Origin: Bacillota bacterium
GTDB taxonomy: Bacteria; Bacillota; Dethiobacteria; DTU022; UBA8154
Direction of reading: 5' to 3'
Assembly: GCA_030656575.1 (NCBI GenBank)
Contig: JAUSPO010000047.1
Coordinates: forward strand, 3,030 to 67,029
Length of the DNA stretch: 64,000 nucleotides
A model generated the notes under the pieces. It saw only the letters and a program-made list of their open reading frames with translations. It was not told the origin of the DNA and searched no databases. Shown one piece after another: positions 39,752 through 49,462 of the stretch. Within the stretch, counting starts at the first letter, position 1. Each line of letters starts with the position of its first letter. A program made the translations under genes and the position numbers.

Positions 39752-42547
39752 ATGGAAAGAGGTAAAGGCGCAGACAAATTTTTAATTCTGGATGGTCACA
39801 GCCTGGCCTATCGGGCTTTTTTTGCCCTGCCCCTGGAACTGCAAACAAAAAAAGGCCTGCATACGAATGCAGTACTTGGTTTTACCAATATGCTGCTGCG
39901 CTTGATCAAAGATGAATCCCCGGATTATCTTTTAGTAACTTTTGATTACCCGGCACCTACATTTCGACATCACGCCTTTTCTGAGTATAAGGCCACAAGA
40001 GAAAAGACTCCCCTGGAAATGAAAGAACAAATGCCCTTGATTAAAGAGATTCTGGATGCTTTTCGTATTCCTGTTTATGAACTGGAGGGTTATGAAGCCG
40101 ATGACCTCATTGGTACTTTGGCAGCAGCTGGGGAACACTGTGGTCTGGATACATATATTGTGACTGCTGATGCCGATGCATACCAACTCCTTTCTCCAAA
40201 GATTAAGATTTTGATTACCAGAAAAGGTATAAGTCAGCTTGAAGAATTTAATCTGGAAAAGCTGCTTGATAAATATGGCCTCGATCCACTGCAGTGGATA
40301 GATTTTAAGGCTTTGAAAGGTGACAGCTCCGATAACATACCAGGCGTACCGGGAATCGGTGAGAAAAGAGCTTTACAGCTCTTGAAGGAGTACGGCTCTC
40401 TTCTCCGGGTAATTGAGTCTGTAAATAATATACCTGGTAAATTAGGAGAAAGTCTCTCTGCTTATTCTGAACAGGCTCTGCTAAGTAAGGAACTGGCAAC
40501 TATCAGGAAGGATGTCCCTATTGCTTTTCAGTTGGAAGACTCCCGTTATGAAACGCCTGATTGGGAATTGTTATATCAAATCTTCAAAAGGCTGGAGTTT
40601 AATAATCTTGCGGCAAAAATACCTGAATTGTCCGGTTTAAGGTCTAATGTTACATTATCAGTTTCTAAAAAACAGGAAGAATCAAAAGATATTTTTGAGC
40701 AGTCTTCTCTTTGGGATGAAGCAAGCAACAATGATTCATTTCAGAATGCTGTAAAAGATGATCAAAGAGGTGGGGGTTGGTATCAACACCTTGAGGATAT
40801 AAAAGATCTTGAGAAATTATGTAACGCTCTTTGTGAAGGTGAAGGTGGATTTTTTTCACTACTTGCAGTGGGAATCTCGTCCCGGGAGAATGATGCGGGC
40901 TTTTTTTTCTCACCAGGGGGGGATGATGTTTATTATATTCCTATGGACGGTTTAAAATTGCCTCTTCATGAAGTTCTTAGGGTTATGGGACCCATTTTTG
41001 AAAACCCATTAAATACTTTCATTACTCATGATTTAAAGCCTCTTGTAAAATATCTGGCTAAAAAAAATATTCATATTCGATCTGGATTATTTGATACCCT
41101 TTTGGCCGCTTATTTAATCGAACCGGATCGTCCGGCATACAACTTGTCTGTGTTATTTGAGGAATATCTTTGTTTGCAGGTCCCTGAGGAAGAAAAGGGT
41201 TTGGATGAAGAGGAAAAGAAAAAGCATACTTTCAGATTCTTCAGTTTTTGTGCCAGAAATATTTTTAATTTAAAAGGAGTTCTTTTGAAATGCCTGGAGG
41301 CGAGTGAGTTAAAGAAGCTTTTCTTTGAACTGGAATTACCTCTTGTTTTTGTTTTAGCGAAAATGGAATTAACAGGTATTCTGGTAAAGGAAGATGTTTT
41401 GGAAAAACTCGCTGTGCAGATGGATGATACCTTGTTATTACTGGAAAAAGAAATTATTGAACTGGCCGGAATGGATTTTAACCTAAACTCGCCCCGACAG
41501 TTAAGTTTTGTTCTTTTTGAGCAGCTTCAGCTTCCTGTTTTACGTCGTATTAAGACAGGTTTTTCAACGGATGCCCGGGTCTTGCAGGAGCTGTCCGCCA
41601 GTCATCCAATAGCTGCAAAAATTATTGAATACCGGACGATAAGCAAAATAAAAACAACTTATCTTGAAGGGCTGCGTTCCCTGATTAAACCCTCAACGGG
41701 TAAAATCCATACAACTTTTAATCAGGCTGTTACAGCAACTGGGAGGCTGAGCAGCAGGGATCCGAATTTGCAAAATATACCTATTAGGCTGGAAGAGGGC
41801 AGGCGTTTAAGATATGCCTTCAGGCCTTCATCAGAGGGGAACCTGCTCCTATCAGCTGATTATTCACAGGTTGAACTGAGAATAATGGCCCATCTTTCCG
41901 GAGATGCCAATTTAATTGATGCATTTAGTAAAAACCAGGATATTCATACACGTACTGCTGCTGAAGTGTTTAATGTTCCCCTTGAGGATGTAACTCCTTT
42001 TATGAGAAACGCTGCAAAGGCAGTAAATTTCGGCATTATATATGGTATTAGTGATTATGGCCTTTCTCAGGATCTTCATATTTCCAGAGCTGAGGCAAAA
42101 AAATATATTAATACCTATTTCGAGCATTATCCAGGTGTAAAAACATATATTCATGATTGTATTAAAATGGCCAGAGTTAAAGGATATGTAACTACTTTAA
42201 TGAATAGGAGACGCTGTCTGGCGGACATTAATCATTCTAATTTTACCCGCAGAAGTTTTGCTGAAAGAATGGCCCGTAATACGCCAATCCAGGGCTCTGC
42301 AGCGGATATAATTAAAGCAGCAATGCTTTCCATAGATAGATATCTGGATGAAAAGAAACTTCGGACTACTATGCTTCTCCAGGTTCATGATGAACTTATC
42401 TTTGATGTATTTCCAGAGGAACTGGATGAGGTTTCCTCAACGGTTAAAACTTTGATGGAGGGTGTCCTGCCTCTTTCTGTATTATTAAAAGTGGATTTAA
42501 AAGTAGGAACTGATTGGTATAATCTGTATCCCCTTGAAGGAGGCTAG
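39752..42547 (+). CDS. polA: DNA polymerase I
   Basis: 5'-3' exonuclease N-terminus (LILDGHSLAYRAFFA), a central 3'-5' exonuclease-like domain, and C-terminal polymerase motifs A/B/C (DYSQVELRI, RRxAKxxNFGIIYG, VHDEL). An ATG at 39752 follows a GGGGGG Shine-Dalgarno sequence. Confidence 0.9.
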   Translation: MERGKGADKFLILDGHSLAYRAFFALPLELQTKKGLHTNAVLGFTNMLLRLIKDESPDYLLVTFDYPAPTFRHHAFSEYKATREKTPLEMKEQMPLIKEILDAFRIPVYELEGYEADDLIGTLAAAGEHCGLDTYIVTADADAYQLLSPKIKILITRKGISQLEEFNLEKLLDKYGLDPLQWIDFKALKGDSSDNIPGVPGIGEKRALQLLKEYGSLLRVIESVNNIPGKLGESLSAYSEQALLSKELATIRKDVPIAFQLEDSRYETPDWELLYQIFKRLEFNNLAAKIPELSGLRSNVTLSVSKKQEESKDIFEQSSLWDEASNNDSFQNAVKDDQRGGGWYQHLEDIKDLEKLCNALCEGEGGFFSLLAVGISSRENDAGFFFSPGGDDVYYIPMDGLKLPLHEVLRVMGPIFENPLNTFITHDLKPLVKYLAKKNIHIRSGLFDTLLAAYLIEPDRPAYNLSVLFEEYLCLQVPEEEKGLDEEEKKKHTFRFFSFCARNIFNLKGVLLKCLEASELKKLFFELELPLVFVLAKMELTGILVKEDVLEKLAVQMDDTLLLLEKEIIELAGMDFNLNSPRQLSFVLFEQLQLPVLRRIKTGFSTDARVLQELSASHPIAAKIIEYRTISKIKTTYLEGLRSLIKPSTGKIHTTFNQAVTATGRLSSRDPNLQNIPIRLEEGRRLRYAFRPSSEGNLLLSADYSQVELRIMAHLSGDANLIDAFSKNQDIHTRTAAEVFNVPLEDVTPFMRNAAKAVNFGIIYGISDYGLSQDLHISRAEAKKYINTYFEHYPGVKTYIHDCIKMARVKGYVTTLMNRRRCLADINHSNFTRRSFAERMARNTPIQGSAADIIKAAMLSIDRYLDEKKLRTTMLLQVHDELIFDVFPEELDEVSSTVKTLMEGVLPLSVLLKVDLKVGTDWYNLYPLEGG

Positions 42548-42552
42548 ATTCC

Positions 42553-43374
42553 TTGCCCGAACTGCCAGAAGTGGAATGTATCGTAAGAGACCTGAGAGAG
42601 TGCCTTACAGGTAAATTAATCAAGAGCATAGATTTTTTGTTTTTTCAAATGCTAAGAGGCGCGAAGCCCGAGGATTTTCGCAGGCAAATTTGTGGAAAAA
42701 TTATTAGCCAGGTGAAAAGAAGAGGAAAGTATATCCTTATCTTTTTAAGCGGCGATACAGTTTTAGAGATACATTTACGTATGACTGGCCGCCTGCTTTT
42801 CCATTCTGTTCCAGTCAGTCCCGGTAAATATACAGGGGTAATATTTTATTTTGAAAACGGCGAGCAGCTACACTTTGAGGATATCCGAAAATTTGGGACT
42901 TTTACCCTCTATGAGAAAGGTGAACAATTGCGATCTTTTTTATTAGGTTCCGATCCTGTGGAAGATGAATTTTCTGAAGAATTGTTTTTGAAGATACTTG
43001 AAAAGAGACCTAATAGTATGATTAAATCTTTTCTTTTGGATCAAAGAAACATTGCAGGTTTGGGAAATATCTACACAGATGAGTCTCTCTTCATGGCAGG
43101 GATTCATCCGTCAAGGAAAGTAAACAACCTGAGCTCCGGGGAGAAGAAATATCTTTTCAATGCAGTTTGTCATACTTTAAAGGAAGGAATCTTGTTCAGA
43201 GGTACAAGTTTTTCCGATTACAGGGACCTCTGGGGGAATGAGGGCGAATTTCAGAAAAAACTAAAGGTCTACCAGAGGGGGGGAGAACCCTGTGTCCGAT
43301 GTAAGTGTCTTCTTGAGCGTATAGTTATTGCAGGCCGCGGCACATATATCTGTCCCAGCTGCCAGCCTCTCTGA
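42553..43374 (+). CDS. mutM: formamidopyrimidine-DNA glycosylase
   Basis: MPELPEVE N-terminus (catalytic Pro2 and Glu3), H2TH, and a C-terminal zinc finger CVRCKC...CPSC. Confidence 0.9.
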   Translation: MPELPEVECIVRDLRECLTGKLIKSIDFLFFQMLRGAKPEDFRRQICGKIISQVKRRGKYILIFLSGDTVLEIHLRMTGRLLFHSVPVSPGKYTGVIFYFENGEQLHFEDIRKFGTFTLYEKGEQLRSFLLGSDPVEDEFSEELFLKILEKRPNSMIKSFLLDQRNIAGLGNIYTDESLFMAGIHPSRKVNNLSSGEKKYLFNAVCHTLKEGILFRGTSFSDYRDLWGNEGEFQKKLKVYQRGGEPCVRCKCLLERIVIAGRGTYICPSCQPL

Positions 43375-43445
43375 ATTTTTATATACAGGCACCAAAAAAT
43401 AACTTTTAAATAGTTACCGTGATTTTAAACTTAGGCGATAACTTT

Positions 43446-43473
43446 CCCCGGGGATTAACCCGGGGTTTTTTTT
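43446..43473 (+). terminator. intrinsic terminator downstream of mutM
   Basis: CCCCGGGG-ATTAA-CCCGGGG hairpin followed by TTTTTTTT. Confidence 0.8.
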
Positions 43474-43570
43474 CACCTAATTTCCAAGCCTTTCATAACA
43501 TAGATTACGACCCTGAGATTTATTTTGAATTTGTTCAGGCTCTACCTAGTGTTAAGGGGGAATACATACG

Positions 43571-44278
43571 ATGTTGACAGGTGGAGTGCTCTTGTGGCTA
43601 TTTGGCCTCGCAAGCGAAGCGCCTCTTTTGACCGGAGATGCCAGCGCATCTTTGACATCTATACTTCTCGTTATCGCAGTAAGCCTTGACAGTATGGGTG
43701 TAGGAATCGCTTATGGGGTACGTGGTACCAGGATTACTGCTCTCTCAGTAATTATCATCGCCCTCTGTACAGCGGTTATGATGAGTATTTCTATGACAGC
43801 CGGTCAATTTATAGCAGAGTTACTCCCACTCTCAAGAACCGAAATGTTAGGAGGCCTCATCCTTATCTCCATTGGTTGCTGGCAGCTCCTTCAGGGCTGG
43901 CGCAATTACATGAATCATATGGGTATTAATGACTCCAGCCAGCCATTGCTGCGCCTGCGTATTCCTTTTTTGGGAGTTGTCATGCAGGTTATGAGAGATC
44001 CAAATCTGGCTGATGCCAATTGGTCCGGGACCATAGATCCGCGAGAATCTATTATCTTAGGGGGAGCACTGGGAATGGACGCTTTTGGAGCGGGATTCGG
44101 GGCGGCTATGTCCGGCTTTTCTCTCTGGGTTGTTCCGTTTGTTGCTGCTGCCTGTGTTGCTTTTGTTTTTATCGGTTTGTCTGTGGGATCCCATGTAATG
44201 AATAGTTGGTTAAAACAAAGGGGATTTGCACTGCCAGGGCTGCTCTTAATTTCCATTGGAATATGGCAGCTGCTCTAA
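43571..44278 (+). CDS. ytaF: sporulation membrane protein YtaF (MntP/DUF204-like)
   Basis: Duplicated VSLDSMGVGIAYG and GGALGMDAFGAGFGAAMSG repeats characteristic of YtaF. The true start may be the TTG at 43652. Confidence 0.65.
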   Translation: MLTGGVLLWLFGLASEAPLLTGDASASLTSILLVIAVSLDSMGVGIAYGVRGTRITALSVIIIALCTAVMMSISMTAGQFIAELLPLSRTEMLGGLILISIGCWQLLQGWRNYMNHMGINDSSQPLLRLRIPFLGVVMQVMRDPNLADANWSGTIDPRESIILGGALGMDAFGAGFGAAMSGFSLWVVPFVAAACVAFVFIGLSVGSHVMNSWLKQRGFALPGLLLISIGIWQLL

Positions 44279-44331
44279 CTTGTAAATGGATTGTTGATTT
44301 TGTTGAATATATTTAATATACTCTAAGATGA

Positions 44332-44994
44332 ATGAGACCAAAAAATAGGAAGAAGGTGGTTCCAGGATTGTTTAAGGTAGGATTAACAGGTGGAATTGCA
44401 TGCGGGAAATCTACAGTGGCCCGGATGCTGGTTAATAAGGGAGCTTTGTTAATAGATGCGGACCAATTAGCCAGAGAATTGGTTGAACAGGGCAAGCCAG
44501 CATGGGTGGAAATCGTCGACTGGTTAGGAGAGGATGTATTGTGTGAAGACGGCAGCCTGGATAGGTTGCGGGTTGCAGGGCTTGTATTTAAGAACGATCT
44601 GCATCTTCAAAAACTAAATGCTATTATTCATCCCCGTGTGAGCGGGCTTTTTATGGAAAGAAGTCATGAGCTTGAAGAAAGCTATTCTGACCGTATCCAG
44701 ATATGGGATATTCCACTTCTTTTTGAGGCTGGTTTCCAGGATATGGTTGATTTTATTATTGTGGTGGCCTGCAGTGAGGATATTCAGATAAAAAGGCTCA
44801 GAGATAGAGATGGAATGACCAGGGATGAAGCTATCTGCCGTATCCGCTCCCAGCTCGAACTGAAAAAAAAGATAAACTCAGCAGATTATGTTATTTATAA
44901 TGATGGTGCGGAGGGGATTTTGGAAGAACAGGTTAATTTACTGTGGAAAAAATTAAAAGATAGAAACTATACAGGAGTCAGGAGACAGAAGTAA
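44332..44994 (+). CDS. coaE: dephospho-CoA kinase
   Basis: P-loop GLTGGIACGKST. Start uncertain; a TTG at 44371 is possible. Confidence 0.85.
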   Translation: MRPKNRKKVVPGLFKVGLTGGIACGKSTVARMLVNKGALLIDADQLARELVEQGKPAWVEIVDWLGEDVLCEDGSLDRLRVAGLVFKNDLHLQKLNAIIHPRVSGLFMERSHELEESYSDRIQIWDIPLLFEAGFQDMVDFIIVVACSEDIQIKRLRDRDGMTRDEAICRIRSQLELKKKINSADYVIYNDGAEGILEEQVNLLWKKLKDRNYTGVRRQK

Positions 44995-45106
44995 GAATGA
45001 GAGAAAAGGCAGAACATTGGAAAAAAATTCTAGGGCATTCTGATTCTGAATGCCTGAATAGTAAGAGGTGCTTTAACTGTCTAAAGTAAAGATAGGGCAT
45101 AGGCTC

Positions 45107-45646
45107 TTGTATCTATTTATATTTTTATTGATGCTGTATTTATTTATTACCCAGGCCAATTACATAGGAAGATTCGTTTATCCATTTTCTTACAGGGAAG
45201 TTATCGTTGAAGAAGCTAAAAAAAATAACCTTGATCCCTTGCTCATAGCCGCTGTTGTCTGGGTGGAAAGCAGTTTTAATGACAATGCAGAATCAGCTAA
45301 AGGGGCCAGAGGGTTAATGCAGGTAATGCCTGAAACAGGATTATGGGCAGCTGAACAGATAGGTTTGGAGAACTTTTCAAAAGAAAATTTATTTGATCCT
45401 TATATTAATATTACCATTGGAACCTGGTATCTGGGTGATCTTTTTCGCCAGTTTGACGGCAATCCTTATGTTGCCCTTGCAGCTTATAACGGGGGGAGAG
45501 GGCATGTTAGGCGGTGGTTACAGGAAGGAATATGGGATGGCAGTAGGGAAAGCCTGACAAATATTCCTTTTCCTGAGACACGTTCTTTTGTAATAAAGGT
45601 GGAGCAGACCTACAAGCGTTATAATCAAATCTATAATACAGAGTAA
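45107..45646 (+). CDS. lytic transglycosylase (SLT domain) with N-terminal signal anchor
   Basis: SLT catalytic motif ...VESSFN...GARGLMQVMPETG... and AAYNGG. Confidence 0.8.
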   Translation: MYLFIFLLMLYLFITQANYIGRFVYPFSYREVIVEEAKKNNLDPLLIAAVVWVESSFNDNAESAKGARGLMQVMPETGLWAAEQIGLENFSKENLFDPYINITIGTWYLGDLFRQFDGNPYVALAAYNGGRGHVRRWLQEGIWDGSRESLTNIPFPETRSFVIKVEQTYKRYNQIYNTE

Positions 45647-45678
45647 ATATCATCTCACCTGCCATGGGTTTCCATAAC

Positions 45679-46179
45679 TTATAATTCCTTTTGTAATGCC
45701 ATAAAGTCTGCCCTGACAAAACCCAGGGATGTAAAATAGGGGATAAGTTTTGTGTCCTGCCAATTTACTAGCGTATATATAGTATTAATACCCATTTTTC
45801 TGAGCTGTTCTGAAAAAGTTTTCGCCATTTGCTTGCCTATACCCTTACCCTGAAATTTTGGGTCAACACCAAGTATTTCCATCCAACATGACTCTGCGCC
45901 CGATCCAAATTCACCTTCCTTGATATGCCCAAACATAAAACCACATAATTTGCCGTCAGCTTCTGCGGCTACCATCAGATTCTTGTCATTAAGGAAGAGA
46001 TGGATTGCAGCGTATCCTTTCTTGGCATCATTTATTTCAACCGTTGAGACTAATGCATCAGGTTTCGTAAAAAGTTCCAGTTTTTTGGTCCAGTACTCTT
46101 TCCTTTCCTGCCCCGTAATTTTCTTTTCAATTTCAATAATACAGTCTCGAGCTGTTGTCATCATTTCGCCTGCGGGCAT
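45679..46179 (-). CDS. GNAT-family N-acetyltransferase
   Basis: Acetyl-CoA binding motif QGKGIGKQMAKTF on the - strand. Confidence 0.7.
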   Translation of the reverse strand: MPAGEMMTTARDCIIEIEKKITGQERKEYWTKKLELFTKPDALVSTVEINDAKKGYAAIHLFLNDKNLMVAAEADGKLCGFMFGHIKEGEFGSGAESCWMEILGVDPKFQGKGIGKQMAKTFSEQLRKMGINTIYTLVNWQDTKLIPYFTSLGFVRADFMALQKEL

Positions 46180-46425
46180 TCAGAGCACTCCTTTAAGTTT
46201 ATTTGTTTGATAATACTACAGAAAATATAAGCTGTCCTTATTTAAGCATTTTGATAATTCTTAATAATTATTATAATTTGGGTGAAGTTTTCTGTCAAGT
46301 GAAAGTTTTGAATTAAAATTATAAGATAATATTCCCTATTAGTAAGGATATTAATTTTTACTGTTCATATGCTATAATAGATTACATTTAATCTTAAGAA
46401 AATTCAAGTAAAGGAAGTACTGCCG

Positions 46426-46695
46426 ATGAGCAATAAGAGGTCCCAAAAAAAAGGATGGTTTAAGACGATTACTTATATTGTTTTTTTTATTATTTTCCTG
46501 GTAGCAGGGGGTAATTTTTTCTTACCATTTGGAGGTATAGGTTTCCTTCTATGGATGATCTTAACTGTGATTGCTCTTATCCTTCTGATTAGCTGGCATG
46601 CAAAAAGTTCTTCCTACCAGTGTTTGGAATGTGGAAACACTTTTAGTATTTCTTTCTTTATGGAATTATCACAGGTAGCACTGCTACTCAGGTGA
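46426..46695 (+). CDS. hypothetical small membrane protein
   Basis: 89 aa with two TM helices and a C-terminal CLECGN half-ribbon. AT-rich flanks. Weak support. Confidence 0.3.
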   Translation: MSNKRSQKKGWFKTITYIVFFIIFLVAGGNFFLPFGGIGFLLWMILTVIALILLISWHAKSSSYQCLECGNTFSISFFMELSQVALLLR

Positions 46696-46837
46696 CACTG
46701 GGAGATTTAAATCAACCGGGTGTAATACTCGCTATGATCGGTCTTGCCATTATTGCTCATTTATACACTTCTTTTTCTAAAATGCGGACACAAAAAAGGG
46801 ACTGTTACAAACAGTCCCTTTAATATTTTCAAATATA

Positions 46838-47293
46838 TTAAGGTGAAGTTCTGATTAAAGCAATTTCATCACAGTTCGGGAATTTCGGACAGTTGACACA
46901 TTCCGTCCAGACTTTTTGAGGGAGATTTTCCTTGTCTATCCTTGAAAATCCACATTTTTCGAAAAATGCCGGTTGGTAAGTCAGTGTAAAAACTTTTTCC
47001 ACCCCAATTTCTTTACTCTCCAGGAGTAGCCTATCCACAAGGGCCAGTCCCAGTCCATTCTTAATATATTGGGGGTGGATTGCCAGGGAGCATATTTCAG
47101 ACATATCTTTCCACAAGATATGCAAACCTCCTACACCAATAATGAGGCCATCTTCTTCGATGATAGTATAGTCCCTGATTTTTTGATACAGGGAAGGTAT
47201 CGTTCTTGAAAGCATTAGCCCCTCCCCGGCGTAAGAATTAATTAAAGATGCCATCGTTTCTACATCCGACATTGTGGCTTTCCTAAAAAACAT
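46838..47293 (-). CDS. GNAT-family N-acetyltransferase (amino-acid N-acetyltransferase-like, C-terminal Cys cluster)
   Basis: GNAT core (ICSLAIHPQYIKNGLGLALV) plus a C-terminal CVNCPKFPNC on the - strand. Confidence 0.7.
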   Translation of the reverse strand: MFFRKATMSDVETMASLINSYAGEGLMLSRTIPSLYQKIRDYTIIEEDGLIIGVGGLHILWKDMSEICSLAIHPQYIKNGLGLALVDRLLLESKEIGVEKVFTLTYQPAFFEKCGFSRIDKENLPQKVWTECVNCPKFPNCDEIALIRTSP

Positions 47294-47469
47294 GAGTTTG
47301 AACCAACCACCTTTCTTTGAAAGTATTTTAACTTACTTTAGGATTGTTGAACAGTATTTTTTGCAAATTCTTCAGTCGTTTCTAAAACTATAGCGCGCTA
47401 AACATATAGAAAAAAATATGTTATTATAATGAGCGAGGCTTATAATCTACGTGAAAAGGAGGAAAAGTT

Positions 47470-48003
47470 ATGAGAGTTCTCATTCTCGTGGATGATTTCT
47501 ACGAAGAGATGGAAATGTGGTATCCTTATTACCGTTTATTGGAAGAGAGTATTGAGGTTATTATCGCTGCGCCGGGAGGTAAAAAAGAGTATCTGGGAAA
47601 AAATGGCTATCCTGTGAAAGCTGATACGGATACAACGCTCACTAAATCCAAAGATTTTCACGGGGTAATTATACCTGGAGGTTATGCTCCTGATAAGCTG
47701 CGGCGTTATCCTGAAATTTTACAATTTATACGGGAAATGAATGACGCCGGAAAGTTAATTGCATCTATCTGTCACGGTCCGTGGGTGCTAATATCAGCAG
47801 GAATTATGTCTGGGCGCCGGGCAACCTGTTTTTACTCTATAAAGGATGATCTTGTTAATGCTGGTGCCCTCTACCTGGATGAGGAAACAGTTGTGGATAA
47901 TAATATCATCACAGCCCGAGTCCCAAGTGACCTCCCATCTTTTTGCAGGGAGATAATTTCTTTTTTAAGGGCAATGGATTTGGACCATGGAACACCTCAT
48001 TGA
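47470..48003 (+). CDS. DJ-1/PfpI-family protease / glyoxalase
   Basis: Nucleophile elbow SICHGPWVL. 177 aa. Confidence 0.85.
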   Translation: MRVLILVDDFYEEMEMWYPYYRLLEESIEVIIAAPGGKKEYLGKNGYPVKADTDTTLTKSKDFHGVIIPGGYAPDKLRRYPEILQFIREMNDAGKLIASICHGPWVLISAGIMSGRRATCFYSIKDDLVNAGALYLDEETVVDNNIITARVPSDLPSFCREIISFLRAMDLDHGTPH

Positions 48004-48278
48004 ATATTTTAATGTTAGGATAGTATGGAGGCTTTTCATGTGGTACGGTTAACAAAATATTCCAAGAAAAGAAACTTTGCTCAAACTCCTAACCGGGTCC
48101 TAACCTAAAAGGAACTACTCAGTACTCAGAATAGACGGCGAAATCATTTGGAAAATAAACTCGGAATAAGTGAATTTATAAAAGAAATTTAAAAGCTGAG
48201 CAGTCTGTGAAGGATTTATATATTACAAAGAGAATGTACTGACTAAAAACTTTTTAGGGAAAGGGATGGGATGAAACT

Positions 48279-48722
48279 ATGTTAAAAATTCTGGTAACGA
48301 CCGATGGGTCAAAGCATTCTTTTCGAACAGTAAGCGAGGCTATAAGAATTACAAAACCTTTAAATGCAGAAGTAACTGTTCTTACTGTCGCACACGAAAT
48401 TCCCCTCTTCAATTATCATGCAGGCCTTGCTTCGGACCAAATGTTAATGCTGGAACAGAGCATGAAAGAAACGGCAGAAAATTCAGCAAAAGAAATTTTG
48501 AAAAAAACGGAAGCAGTTTTCCGGGAAAATGATATGGAGGTAAAAACAATCTACCTTCATGGTCATCCCGGGGAAGTAATCTGCCAGATTGCGGATAAGG
48601 GAGATTATGATCTTGTTATTATGGGAAGCAGAGGTTTAGGAGGTCTTAAAGAATTTATTCTGGGCAGCGTAAGCAACCATGTTGCTCACTGCAGCAAGAA
48701 ATCAATTCTAATAGTTAAATAA
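48279..48722 (+). CDS. universal stress protein (UspA family)
   Basis: KILVTTDGS start, and GSRGLGGLKEFILGSVSNHVAHCSKKSILIVK ATP-binding C-terminus. Confidence 0.85.
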   Translation: MLKILVTTDGSKHSFRTVSEAIRITKPLNAEVTVLTVAHEIPLFNYHAGLASDQMLMLEQSMKETAENSAKEILKKTEAVFRENDMEVKTIYLHGHPGEVICQIADKGDYDLVIMGSRGLGGLKEFILGSVSNHVAHCSKKSILIVK

Positions 48723-48916
48723 TTAATTTTTGAGTAGTCAGTAGTCAGGAAAAGGAGTCATAATGGAGAGAAACACGTATAGGGGTGAACGGGGCCAATA
48801 AATAATGAAAAGGCCAAAAAGACCTACTGCAGAAGCCAGCGTTACCGTTCTGGAAATACCCAGGCTTTCCGCCACCAAAGAGATGGAAAATACTTAACAC
48901 AGGAGTTATTGAAAAG

Positions 48917-49297
48917 ATGAATACACGGAGAGAACTGATTGCATCACCTTATTTAAAATTATTAGGGGTAATAATAGATGAAGCTAAATATCCACGTTCA
49001 AGGCTGCTTTTAGCCTGGAGAGAAAATTTAGTTAACCCAATGGGTACGCTCCATGGGGGGGTAATTGCTTCGCTTGTAGATGCTGCCATGGGCTGCGCTT
49101 TGTTAAGCAGCGAGGAAGTTAAAGGAATTGTTACAACAGAACTAAAAGTTAATTATTTTCGGGCGGTAACGAGCGGAATTGTTAAAGTGGAGGGAGAAGT
49201 AATTCACAGGCAGGGGTCAGTGGCATTTGGTCAGGCATATCTGTATTGTGAGGAAGATCTGGTGGCTCTGGGAAGCGCAACATACAAGCTTTATTAG
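48917..49297 (+). CDS. PaaI-family hotdog-fold acyl-CoA thioesterase
   Basis: TLHGGVIASLVDAAMG signature. 126 aa. Confidence 0.75.
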   Translation: MNTRRELIASPYLKLLGVIIDEAKYPRSRLLLAWRENLVNPMGTLHGGVIASLVDAAMGCALLSSEEVKGIVTTELKVNYFRAVTSGIVKVEGEVIHRQGSVAFGQAYLYCEEDLVALGSATYKLY

Positions 49298-49307
49298 TAT
49301 AATAATA

Positions 49308-49348
49308 GATCGTCTGGCAGCTGACTGGATGTCAGCTGCCAGACGATC
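49308..49348. terminator. 41-nt perfect palindrome (18-bp arms), probable bidirectional terminator between convergent genes
   Basis: GATCGTCTGGCAGCTGAC-TGGAT-GTCAGCTGCCAGACGATC. It lies between the 3' ends of the + strand thioesterase and the - strand acyl-CoA ligase. There is no U-tract. Confidence 0.5.
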
Positions 49349-49462
49349 TCCGCCTCTCACTATAGAAGCCATGGGGACGTTTCGTTTGGCGCTGGGAAGG
49401 TGATGAAAAAGTCACATGCTTCTTGCCAGCAAGTTTAGCAAACACTATGCTTCTTGCGGAAA

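Noticed and set aside
48763-48877. Two tiny ORFs (12 and 30 codons) in the uspA-thioesterase spacer
   Set aside because: No conservation evidence, and no SD for the second. Likely chance ORFs in AT-rich DNA.
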